Shown here: piece by piece, positions 30,226 through 38,360 of the stretch
How the letters are laid out: each line of letters begins with the position of its first letter
Position numbering within the stretch: the stretch's first letter is position 1
Program-made: the position numbers and the translations under genes
NCBI GenBank assembly: GCA_013002165.1
Contig: JABDKO010000076.1
Location: forward strand, 8-64,007
From: Rhodothermales bacterium
Lineage (GTDB): Bacteria > Bacteroidota > Rhodothermia > Rhodothermales > JABDKH01
Length of the DNA stretch: 64,000 nt
Reading direction: 5' to 3'
Notes under the pieces: model-generated
Databases searched by the model: none
What the model was told of the DNA's origin: nothing
Seen by the model: only the letters and a program-made list of their open reading frames with translations

Positions 30226-30244
30226 ATAGCCAAAGTATCCTGCC

Positions 30245-30279
30245 CGGATCGTCATAGCCTTGCGGGATATGACGATCCG
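30245..30279. terminator. Inverted repeat between convergent genes (possible bidirectional terminator)
   Basis: CGGATCGTCATA-N11-TATGACGATCCG, a perfect 12-bp stem with no U-tract. Confidence 0.55.
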
Positions 30280-30301
30280 AGCTCGAAAGTACAGGCTGTC
30301 A

Positions 30302-30919
30302 CTAGACAGTGATTGACAGTGGAAAGGTAACATCGACATCATTCTCAACGATGCCAGGAATTTCGCTTCCGCCGTCATCATTCACTTTGTCGTCCGGCAA
30401 CTGAGCGTCTTCCTCATAATGTCGGAGCGTTACGTTAATAGTTCCACTGGAAGCAGTGGCACCAGTGTCAGTTAACGTGAACGACAGGCCGAGCGGATTA
30501 CCGTTGCCATCAGTGTCCCGGTTTGTAATTGTTGTGCGCGCGGCGGCACTTCCTCCTACAGCGTATACAAGCTGATGGAACTCGTCCTCTTCCTCGATTT
30601 CCTCGGTTATGTCGTCGCCCTCAATTTCGTTCAGAAATTCCATAGAGACCGAGTGCGTGGTTCCAGCCTGAATCGATACCGTTTCAACACTCTGCAAAAC
30701 ACCGGCTTCGTCGAATTCGGCACGTGCGGATGTTACCGAGCCAGTGGTTTCATTAGTCAGCGTCATGATGATATCGGTAATTACCTCTTGCTCTCCGGCG
30801 TCGGGGTCTGGCTCATTAGAGTCGCAACCCGATAGCACTATCAAGCCGATTGCTAGAGAAAACAGGATTGCGTGCTTCGCAAGGGTTGTGAAATAATTCA
30901 GCTTGCTATCGTTTTTCAT
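30302..30919 (-). CDS. Acidic lipoprotein associated with the TonB-dependent receptor
   Basis: Lipobox LSGC; EQEVIT, EEEDEFHQ and TLRH motifs resembling FCB-group lipoproteins found downstream of metal TBDRs. Confidence 0.7.
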   Translation of the reverse strand: MKNDSKLNYFTTLAKHAILFSLAIGLIVLSGCDSNEPDPDAGEQEVITDIIMTLTNETTGSVTSARAEFDEAGVLQSVETVSIQAGTTHSVSMEFLNEIEGDDITEEIEEEDEFHQLVYAVGGSAAARTTITNRDTDGNGNPLGLSFTLTDTGATASSGTINVTLRHYEEDAQLPDDKVNDDGGSEIPGIVENDVDVTFPLSITV

Positions 30920-30976
30920 TTTTTTAGATTTACTATCGTTTAGGTAAATAATTACAGGTCATCGCATCCGTCGAAG

Positions 30977-33319
30977 CTACCGGTCGTTATACGTCCCGAG
31001 CGGAAGTCGCACTCGCAATATTGCAGTGCGCCCCGGCTCGTCCACGAAATAGCGGTACCGGCTTAGATAGTCGCGGTACGATGTGTTGAAAATATTTTTG
31101 ACAGAGAGACCAACGTCTACGTGCGTTGTACCAACATTTATACTGGTTCTGAGGTCGATCTCGATCAAGTTGTACCCGTCTGGCGGGTCGGCATAATCAA
31201 CTCCCGCAGGGAATCGCGTCTGTTTCGTGACATGAAGCGACCCAAGTTCAACCTCACTGGAATTGAAAGCACCTCTGTCCGGAAGTTGGAAGGCAGCATG
31301 CAGGTGCAGTCGATCAGCGGGCATGTTTATCAGGTCAATATCGTTACCCGTATCTCGGGCGCGAACCATGCTGCCGCTAACTCCCGCTTTCAAGAACTTC
31401 GTCAGCGAATATTCAACCAGCCCATCAATTCCGGCTAGCCGTGCATCTGTCTGTCGGTAACTGAACGTTGGGAAAACTCCCCGAATAGTGATCGTTGGTT
31501 CTGCCTCGGGGAACAGGTAGATGAAATCGGCGAATCGATTCACATAGATGCCCACCTCGAGGTTGGCACGGCCACTAGCATGCCGGAGAGTTCCATCGAT
31601 GCTCATCGACCTCTCCGCACCCAGCGCACGATCTCCGATCTCAAATTGAGCCGTCCCGTGGTGCAGACCGAAGCTGTACAGCTCGCTCATGTTCGGCGGA
31701 CGCCAGGCCGTTCCAAGGTTAACGGCGGCAGACCATGAAGGAAGGAACTGCCATATGGCACTTGCGACACCAGACAGGCTATTAAAACGCCGGACATCCT
31801 TTTCGAATGAGCCGGTGCCCTGAAACTCCCTGGGGAAAGCTCGCATCCATCGATAGTCGAACCTGGTTCCGGCTTCAAGATTGACCGTGCCCTTGGACCA
31901 TAGTCCTCGGGCAAACAAGCCACCTGTCAATGCGCGGAAATTAGGGATCAGATACCCAAGACTTCCATTCTCGTTACCCTGGGTAAGACCACTCGCTCCG
32001 AAGACAGCAAACGCATTACCCGTCGGGTTGGTACGATACTTAACATCCACCGACTGAGATAAAAGCGTTAAGTCAAAAGCGGGCCGATCCGACGGTCTGC
32101 CTCCGATTCTGTGCGCATCGTACTCCTTCCTCGAGTTTCGCTGGAGTCCGTACTTGACTTCAAGCACGCTGCCGGCGGCACCAGGCTGCCAATGCCCCTT
32201 AAGCGCAAGCACGGTGTGAGCCACTTCCTGTTTTGGTACGTCAATGTCATACCCGAAATCGTAGGCAACCGCAGGCCTGCCGAGCTCAATAGCAGCCAGC
32301 AGTCCTTCAATTGTGTTGATGTGAGATCCGCGAAAAATGCCCAACTCGGTAGAGAAGTGGCTTACGAACGATTCGACACCAAAGCGACTGTTGTGGAATC
32401 CGACAGCTCCCGAACCGTTAAGCTCCCGAAATGCTGTGTTTCCGAGAACATAGTCCGGTGTGTGTGCATCGCCCGCAGCACGTCCGCTGGTCTGCACTCT
32501 CCATCCAAGCCCCTGGATGCTCTGTGGGCTCCCTTCGACATGAAGCGATCCACTTCCCTGACCACTGTTGGAGAAACCATTTATCAGTAATTGGCCACCA
32601 TAGCCGGGACGGTCAGGAAGCTCACGAGGTTCAATACGGATAACACCGCCAATGGCGCCGACACCGTATTCTACTCCGGCTGCTCCTCGAACGACCTCTA
32701 TTCGGTCGGGCGAAAACGGATCGATTTCCGGCGCATGCTCACCACCCCATTGTTGACCTTCCTGACGTACGCCTGCATTCATGATAACAAGGCGGTCCGA
32801 ATGCAGTCCACGTACCACCGGCTTGGAAATTGTCGGACCGGTAGTCAGTGTCGTAATGCCTGGCAAGTGCGCCAGTGTTTCACCGAGCGACTGTCCGCGA
32901 ACATCCGAAAGCTCTTCCGGGCTAAGTGTCGAAACCGCAACCGGCGCTCTAGTCAGAAACGATTGGGTCGTCCCCTCAGCGGTTACAGTGACTTCAGCTA
33001 TTTCAATAGCCTCCTGAACCAACGCTATGTTCAACGTAATGTCGCCTTTCGTCAGGTCAACCCGATGGCTGGCCGTGCGAAAACCAATGAATTTGAACAC
33101 TACCGTATAGCTGGAGAGTTCAAGTGTGTTAAACTCGAACCGACCGGCCTTGTCCGTGACGGTACCAATGCTGGTTCCCTGCAGGAAAATCTGAACTCCC
33201 GGAATAGACTCCCCAACGGCATCCGTTACGACACCGTCAAGTTTCTGCGCATTAGCTGGAGTTACTGAAATTAGTATCAGCGCCGCGAGCAGCAGCCGAC
33301 ACGATTGTATTGCTGACAT
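30977..33319 (-). CDS. TonB-dependent receptor, probably for metal uptake, with N-terminal carboxypeptidase-regulatory-like domain
   Basis: Signal peptide; plug KPVVRG...QEGQQWGGEHAPEID, RIEVVRGA; RPPNMSELYSFGLHHG; C-terminal NIFNTSYRDYLSR...PGR. Confidence 0.92.
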   Translation of the reverse strand: MSAIQSCRLLLAALILISVTPANAQKLDGVVTDAVGESIPGVQIFLQGTSIGTVTDKAGRFEFNTLELSSYTVVFKFIGFRTASHRVDLTKGDITLNIALVQEAIEIAEVTVTAEGTTQSFLTRAPVAVSTLSPEELSDVRGQSLGETLAHLPGITTLTTGPTISKPVVRGLHSDRLVIMNAGVRQEGQQWGGEHAPEIDPFSPDRIEVVRGAAGVEYGVGAIGGVIRIEPRELPDRPGYGGQLLINGFSNSGQGSGSLHVEGSPQSIQGLGWRVQTSGRAAGDAHTPDYVLGNTAFRELNGSGAVGFHNSRFGVESFVSHFSTELGIFRGSHINTIEGLLAAIELGRPAVAYDFGYDIDVPKQEVAHTVLALKGHWQPGAAGSVLEVKYGLQRNSRKEYDAHRIGGRPSDRPAFDLTLLSQSVDVKYRTNPTGNAFAVFGASGLTQGNENGSLGYLIPNFRALTGGLFARGLWSKGTVNLEAGTRFDYRWMRAFPREFQGTGSFEKDVRRFNSLSGVASAIWQFLPSWSAAVNLGTAWRPPNMSELYSFGLHHGTAQFEIGDRALGAERSMSIDGTLRHASGRANLEVGIYVNRFADFIYLFPEAEPTITIRGVFPTFSYRQTDARLAGIDGLVEYSLTKFLKAGVSGSMVRARDTGNDIDLINMPADRLHLHAAFQLPDRGAFNSSEVELGSLHVTKQTRFPAGVDYADPPDGYNLIEIDLRTSINVGTTHVDVGLSVKNIFNTSYRDYLSRYRYFVDEPGRTAILRVRLPLGTYNDR

Positions 33320-33387
33320 TAGAAAACACGATTCCTGTGGTATGACTTAGAGAGGGTACACACCGCCGATCCCTTGAAAAGGGACGA

Positions 33388-33753
33388 CTATACGAGGAAT
33401 GCGGAAGGTGGTCCGCGGATTGTCAGCGTAAGAGATGGGGAGAGCTCAGGAATCGAATGGTCAAAACCGAACTGATACTCTACTTCAATGATGCCCCATT
33501 GTGCATCGGCGTCCATCAAATGATAAGATGCTGCCGCAGTGCATAGAGTACAGTGGTCGGGCACGATCTCAGCATGGCCTTCTTCAAAGGCAGCATCATG
33601 CCCATCGTGATCACACTTGGAGTCGACTTCGTTCTGAGACTCGAGATACGAATGGTGCAGTCTGTGTACCCCGGGCATAACAACACCGCCTGCTACAAAA
33701 CAGGCCAGCATCATCCAGGCCCCATATTGTACAAGATGTCGTTTCAAGTGCAT
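33388..33753 (-). CDS. DUF2946/CruR-like His-rich leader protein with CxxC and C-terminal RGPP
   Basis: N-terminal hydrophobic segment, HRLHH and CDHDGHD, DHCTLC, C-terminal TIRGPPSAFLV; ends 68 nt upstream of the TBDR. Confidence 0.75.
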   Translation of the reverse strand: MHLKRHLVQYGAWMMLACFVAGGVVMPGVHRLHHSYLESQNEVDSKCDHDGHDAAFEEGHAEIVPDHCTLCTAAASYHLMDADAQWGIIEVEYQFGFDHSIPELSPSLTLTIRGPPSAFLV

Positions 33754-33932
33754 AAGGGATTCACAGATTGCATCTATGCTTGACCACTTAAATCGATACC
33801 TTTATTGTTCCTTTTGCCCGGAGAGTTTGGCGATACCAAAATCGGACAGGGTCGTGTTCTCGCCCATCGCTTCTCACGATAATACAGCCCAATGAACCAT
33901 GTCTCACAGGCTCCGTTTGGACCCGGGACGGC

Positions 33933-35123
33933 CTAGAGTATCCCACCGGGGTTCTCGTGTCCCTCCGGGAGCACAGCAAAGAGGATATCGTCTGCCACGC
34001 GCCAGACAACAACGGGGTGTCCGCGGATTGTTTCTATGATCGGGACCGCAGGTTCTTCCAGCGATCGCAGGAGGCTTTCGCCGACAAGTGTCACTGCGGA
34101 CAACTCTTTGAGAATCGCGTAAGAGTAACCGAAAACAACAATACTCTCGTCGCTGCCTGCGTCCTCGTATATAATCGTTGGAACTCTGCGTCCGCTCATT
34201 ACTTCAGATGATCCGATTCCAGCAAGGGTCGCTGATCGTAGAGCCGGTACCATGATCACGCGCCCGAAGTGCGTCAGAATAAACTGTTCCGCCTGGGCCG
34301 CATCTGTCGTGGGAAGCACTGGTCGGACATTAGAAGCTTTTTCTACTGAAAGCTCGTAAACACTGGGAGTAGTAGGTTCGGGCACTGCAAAATATTGTGC
34401 CGCAACGATTGCAGCCAGTCCGGTAAAAAATATGGTAAACACAGTGGCGACTAGCTTTAGCGCTTTTCCATTTTTTGCCACCGCTTTCTTTTCACGCCTT
34501 GCTGCGGATATAGACGGCGCAGTGACCGGTCTTTCACCGGGACTGAAGCGGGACTCAACGAAACGATGGATAGTGTCCGGAGTCTTTTCAAGGTAGCTGG
34601 AACTGAACGTCTTGAGGTTGTCGGTAATCCACGTCCTCGGGACGCCAGCCTCTGTTTGGATTGATTCGAGTCTCACTGCTGACCCGGCGATAATATTCTC
34701 GAGCTTATGGAATACCGTCTCGATCTGGCGGGTCGCATGATCCGTCTCAAAACCTGTTATTTCTGCAATCGAATCCGGTTCGTAACCTTCAACCGAGGTG
34801 AGAAAGAGCAATAACTGCTCTCCAGGCTTCAACTGCACAAATGCATACGGAAAGGCTTCATCAAACAGTTTTCGATGAATGCGATACTTCAAGTCAGATT
34901 GAACTTCTGCAGGCGCCTGGCCGTCCGGTGGTGTCGCATGTTGTAAGATTGATATGAGCTTTGCGTAGAACGAGCGCCGTAATCGATCAGAGTCACCGGT
35001 AACCTCGTAGTCGGGCAGCGAACCGTCAAATGCTTCTTTGAACAACTTGCCGGAATCAGTGTCATCGGGTAACAACAGCTGCACTGCGGCAAAAAGTCGG
35101 TCTATGTTGTCAAGTCGAGTCAA
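33933..35123 (-). CDS. Hypothetical single-pass membrane protein with degenerate ECF sigma-like N-terminus and anti-sigma-like C-terminus
   Basis: Sigma4-like LKPGEQLLLFLTSVEGYEPDSIAEITG, TM LVATVFTIFFTGLAAIVAA, C-terminal VPTIIYE...HPVVVWRVADDILFAV. TTG start uncertain. Confidence 0.55.
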   Translation of the reverse strand: MTRLDNIDRLFAAVQLLLPDDTDSGKLFKEAFDGSLPDYEVTGDSDRLRRSFYAKLISILQHATPPDGQAPAEVQSDLKYRIHRKLFDEAFPYAFVQLKPGEQLLLFLTSVEGYEPDSIAEITGFETDHATRQIETVFHKLENIIAGSAVRLESIQTEAGVPRTWITDNLKTFSSSYLEKTPDTIHRFVESRFSPGERPVTAPSISAARREKKAVAKNGKALKLVATVFTIFFTGLAAIVAAQYFAVPEPTTPSVYELSVEKASNVRPVLPTTDAAQAEQFILTHFGRVIMVPALRSATLAGIGSSEVMSGRRVPTIIYEDAGSDESIVVFGYSYAILKELSAVTLVGESLLRSLEEPAVPIIETIRGHPVVVWRVADDILFAVLPEGHENPGGIL

Positions 35124-35138
35124 AAGTTGGCTTTCAGG

Positions 35139-35945
35139 CTATTCCTGCCGTTCGGATTGAAACAATAAACTGATTGTCGACCCTTTTGCGAGTCCCATTA
35201 GTTCTGATGCATTTCCGCAATTGACTGCAATCTCCAGAAAATCGACGCTGTTGAACAGAACTACCGGTTCACTGGTTGCAACGCCGCCGTACGTGGAATG
35301 GATTCCTTCTACGATGTGATTGCCAACGTAGCACTTCACCCGACGATCTCGACGGGACTCAGACAGGACCTTTCTGGAAATGTTTGTAATGCAGTTCCCG
35401 TAGTGATCCACATGAACTACCCATCCTTGAATGCCTTCGTCGTCAGAAATCGGTAGAGCCCAGTGCATGGGCTTCAACTCTTCGATCGGCGTGCCCACCT
35501 CGTCTAACTGAATACCATTGGCGAGGTGTGCGGCCACAGCGGAAAAGATGTCTCGTCCGTGAAACGTGTTAGATGGATTGTGTGTTCGCCAGAACCTGGT
35601 CTGGTCCAGTTCAACGACAGTTTTTCGGCTGCCATTCAGGGCGAGTGTAAAAATACCGTTGTCGGGACCCACATAATATTGACCGTCCGCGGACACACCG
35701 ACACTTTTCCTGCTCGTGCCGACACCAGGATCCACAACTACTATATGAACCGTGCCGGCAGGGAAGTAGGGAGCGCTGCTTTGAAGAACGAATGCCGCTT
35801 CCATAACATCCTGCGGTGCAATCGAGTGTGAGATATCCACAATCGGAACGTCACCCGCGATGCTCAGGATTGTTGCTTTCATGGCAGCAACATATCCGTC
35901 ACTGGTCCCGAAATCGGTCGTCAGAGTGATAAGCGGCTTGTCCAT
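35139..35945 (-). CDS. SAM hydroxide adenosyltransferase (DUF62; chlorinase/fluorinase family)
   Basis: ITLTTDFG, VVDPGVG, GPDNG, TFHGRDIF, DHYGN and LEIAVN. Confidence 0.93.
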   Translation of the reverse strand: MDKPLITLTTDFGTSDGYVAAMKATILSIAGDVPIVDISHSIAPQDVMEAAFVLQSSAPYFPAGTVHIVVVDPGVGTSRKSVGVSADGQYYVGPDNGIFTLALNGSRKTVVELDQTRFWRTHNPSNTFHGRDIFSAVAAHLANGIQLDEVGTPIEELKPMHWALPISDDEGIQGWVVHVDHYGNCITNISRKVLSESRRDRRVKCYVGNHIVEGIHSTYGGVATSEPVVLFNSVDFLEIAVNCGNASELMGLAKGSTISLLFQSERQE

Positions 35946-36047
35946 TGATGATTACGCAGCGGTCTGGCAGGGTACACAATCAATCCTGTCGGCAGGATTG
36001 GAACCGGCAAGTTAATAAACGATTATCATGTATCCCGTGAGAACAGA

Positions 36048-36647
36048 GTGAACGTGGCCGCGATGGAAGTCGAACGTCTAACCGAGCGCCAATCCGAGGC
36101 AACAAACCAGTTTATAGAATTCTGGGCGGAGATGGCTACGCACTGGGGTATCAATCGCACCATGGCCCAGATACACGCCTTGCTTTACGTCACGGAAGGT
36201 CCATTGGATACCGAGATGATAATGAGCCGACTGGGCATCAGCAGGGGCAACGCAAACATGAATCTTCATTCGCTTCTACGCTGGGAGCTCGTTATGAAAG
36301 AGCCGGTCAGTGGGTCTAGAAGGGACCACTTCGTCGCAGAGAAAGATGTTTGGACGATTATGGCTCAGATCATCAAGAACAGGCAGCAGCAGGAAGTCGC
36401 CCCGATAGTGGACAAACTGGACGGATTCAGCGAGATGTTCAATTCCTCTGATGTCGAACGTACTGCCGGTGAGAACGTCTTTCTGCAACGGATTGAGAAC
36501 CTTAGCGAACTGATGACGGTGTTTCAAAATGTAACCGAGTCGCTGATTCCATTCGTTCAAAAAGAAAATATGGCATTGATTCAGCAGCTGGTGCAGTTTG
36601 CCGAGTCGATGAAAGCGACTCTGTCGCGCCCGTCAGACAACAGGTAA
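36048..36647 (+). CDS. GbsR/MarR-family transcriptional regulator
   Basis: FIEFW...WGINRTMAQIHALL, wHTH ISRGNANMNL and RRDHFVAEKDVW. Confidence 0.88.
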   Translation: MNVAAMEVERLTERQSEATNQFIEFWAEMATHWGINRTMAQIHALLYVTEGPLDTEMIMSRLGISRGNANMNLHSLLRWELVMKEPVSGSRRDHFVAEKDVWTIMAQIIKNRQQQEVAPIVDKLDGFSEMFNSSDVERTAGENVFLQRIENLSELMTVFQNVTESLIPFVQKENMALIQQLVQFAESMKATLSRPSDNR

Positions 36648-36654
36648 CAAATGA

Positions 36655-37050
36655 ATGAGTAACACTTACCAGAAAGGTCTCAAGGGAGAAGAAATCGCGG
36701 TAGAGTATCTCGAACGAAACGGCTACCGCATCCTTGAACAACGATACAGATTCGAGCGAGCTGAGGTTGACCTGGTTTGCTTTGATGAGCCGCGCCCCGG
36801 CCATCCCGGATACATTGTTTTTGTTGAGGTCAAATCTCGGCGTACTTCCAGTTTCGGAAAACCGGAGGACTCAGTTACGGAAGCTAAGCAGAGGTCCATA
36901 ATCAAAGCCGCCGCAGCATACCTTTACGAGTCCAAGATGGAGCGAGCGTTGTCTCGATTCGACGTCATAGCGATAGACCTTTCAGGTGGTCAACCGGAGA
37001 TCTCTCACTTCAAGAATGCGTTTGATGCTTCTGACGCCTACGCGGACTAG
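36655..37050 (+). CDS. yraN: YraN-family (UPF0102) putative endonuclease
   Basis: GEEIA..YL...GYRIL, EVDLV, FVEVKSR and RFDVIAI. Confidence 0.9.
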   Translation: MSNTYQKGLKGEEIAVEYLERNGYRILEQRYRFERAEVDLVCFDEPRPGHPGYIVFVEVKSRRTSSFGKPEDSVTEAKQRSIIKAAAAYLYESKMERALSRFDVIAIDLSGGQPEISHFKNAFDASDAYAD

Positions 37051-38165
37051 CGTCCAGGTCGGTACTCGACCGGCACCTCGTCTGCGACGCGTTCGAACGC
37101 ATAGTAACCGTAGAACGTCACGCCATACGGATCAAGTACTTCACCCTTATAGTCGACAGTTGTGGGACCTTTCTCTAAACGGATCCACGAAGTCTGAAAC
37201 TTCGGTCGACTACCTCTCGAGCGCCCACTCCAGCTTAAATAGGCCTTGTCCTCTTCTTCACCTTTGAAGATGATCTCCAGAAAGCCATCGAAGTCGAGCG
37301 TGAATTCGGTGGCGTCAGCACCGGGCTTGATGATTGAATATGGGTCAACGGGAAATCTGTTACCCATCTGGGGGCTCGCCGAAACCTGACTGGAGGAGGC
37401 CATGGCTGTCCTTCCGTACGTCTCAAACCCTTGCTCCTTTACCTGCTCTGCCAGCAACGCCAGCATGAAGTGGTGAAATGAACCAACGAAAGCCTTTCTA
37501 CGGTTCGCATGCCATGACTCTCGTTCGAGATCGTCGGTCGGCACCATCTCCTCGAACAACGGTTCACCGTCGTACTTGGTACGATTAATCTGTGCCTCAA
37601 AATCTTTTAAGAAGTATTGTACCCGATAACCCAACGCGCGATTTTCAATAATCAACTGATCGGCGGCAGTTGCTACGAGCGTTCCCCGGTCGGATGAAAA
37701 GTCAAGGACCTCCGGATTGACGATGACCGTTGAGTCCGCATACGGGGTCTCGCCGATAAACTGCGCTGTAAAACGCTCCAGACGTTTTTTCCATTTTTTG
37801 TCTCCCTTGGCCTCCACAATGACTTCTCCGAGGCCGATAGTCGCCGGCTCAAGTTGAAGGTCAATAGTTCGTTCTCCCGGCGTACGGAAAAGGATGTCTC
37901 TTGTCTGCGGTTCATAACCCAGACTCGACACGTACAGATGAAGTACGCCTACGGGAAGGTCGGCGAGCTCATAGAACCCCTCGACATCGGTTGTTGTCCC
38001 CCGTGTGGAAGAGGCGATAAAAACGTGCACTCCGGGAAGGCCATCACCAGTTTCCGCGTCGGTAATTTTTCCTTTGAGGGTAACGGCGGTTGTTTGCGCG
38101 GTCGCTGGTTCGTAAATGCCGCCAACCAGAAGCAGAAAGAAGATGTATGAAAGGTAATGACGCAT
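37047..38165 (-). CDS. Secreted protein with carboxypeptidase-regulatory-like N-terminal domain
   Basis: Signal peptide; GKITDAETGDGLPGVHVFI...SSLGY; IIENRALGYRVQY and R.KAF.GS..HF seen in FCB-group hypothetical proteins. Confidence 0.75.
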   Translation of the reverse strand: MRHYLSYIFFLLLVGGIYEPATAQTTAVTLKGKITDAETGDGLPGVHVFIASSTRGTTTDVEGFYELADLPVGVLHLYVSSLGYEPQTRDILFRTPGERTIDLQLEPATIGLGEVIVEAKGDKKWKKRLERFTAQFIGETPYADSTVIVNPEVLDFSSDRGTLVATAADQLIIENRALGYRVQYFLKDFEAQINRTKYDGEPLFEEMVPTDDLERESWHANRRKAFVGSFHHFMLALLAEQVKEQGFETYGRTAMASSSQVSASPQMGNRFPVDPYSIIKPGADATEFTLDFDGFLEIIFKGEEEDKAYLSWSGRSRGSRPKFQTSWIRLEKGPTTVDYKGEVLDPYGVTFYGYYAFERVADEVPVEYRPGR

Positions 38166-38360
38166 AGTTCAAGCAGATAGTCAGACATTGTTTGGTCTAG
38201 CACAGAATGTACCAAACTTGGCGACGGATGTATTTTTACCCCGACGTAACGTGAAACGGCCCTAATGTGGTATCGCTTGACGGGAAGCACTAGTATGGCA
38301 CTTGGCGCCGTCCAAATGGTGAGACGCATTGGCCAGTGGAGTGTTCACTGCGGGAAGCTT

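Noticed and set aside
32111-33268. 159-aa and 225-aa + strand ORFs
   Set aside because: Antisense shadows of the TonB-dependent receptor.
35139-35945. Possible fluorinase/chlorinase (halogenation) gene
   Set aside because: It carries the DUF62-type TFHGRD motif and no biosynthetic cluster is nearby, so a SAM hydroxide adenosyltransferase is more likely.
36655-37050. YraN nuclease as part of a defence system
   Set aside because: A widespread stand-alone gene with no defence-associated neighbours here.
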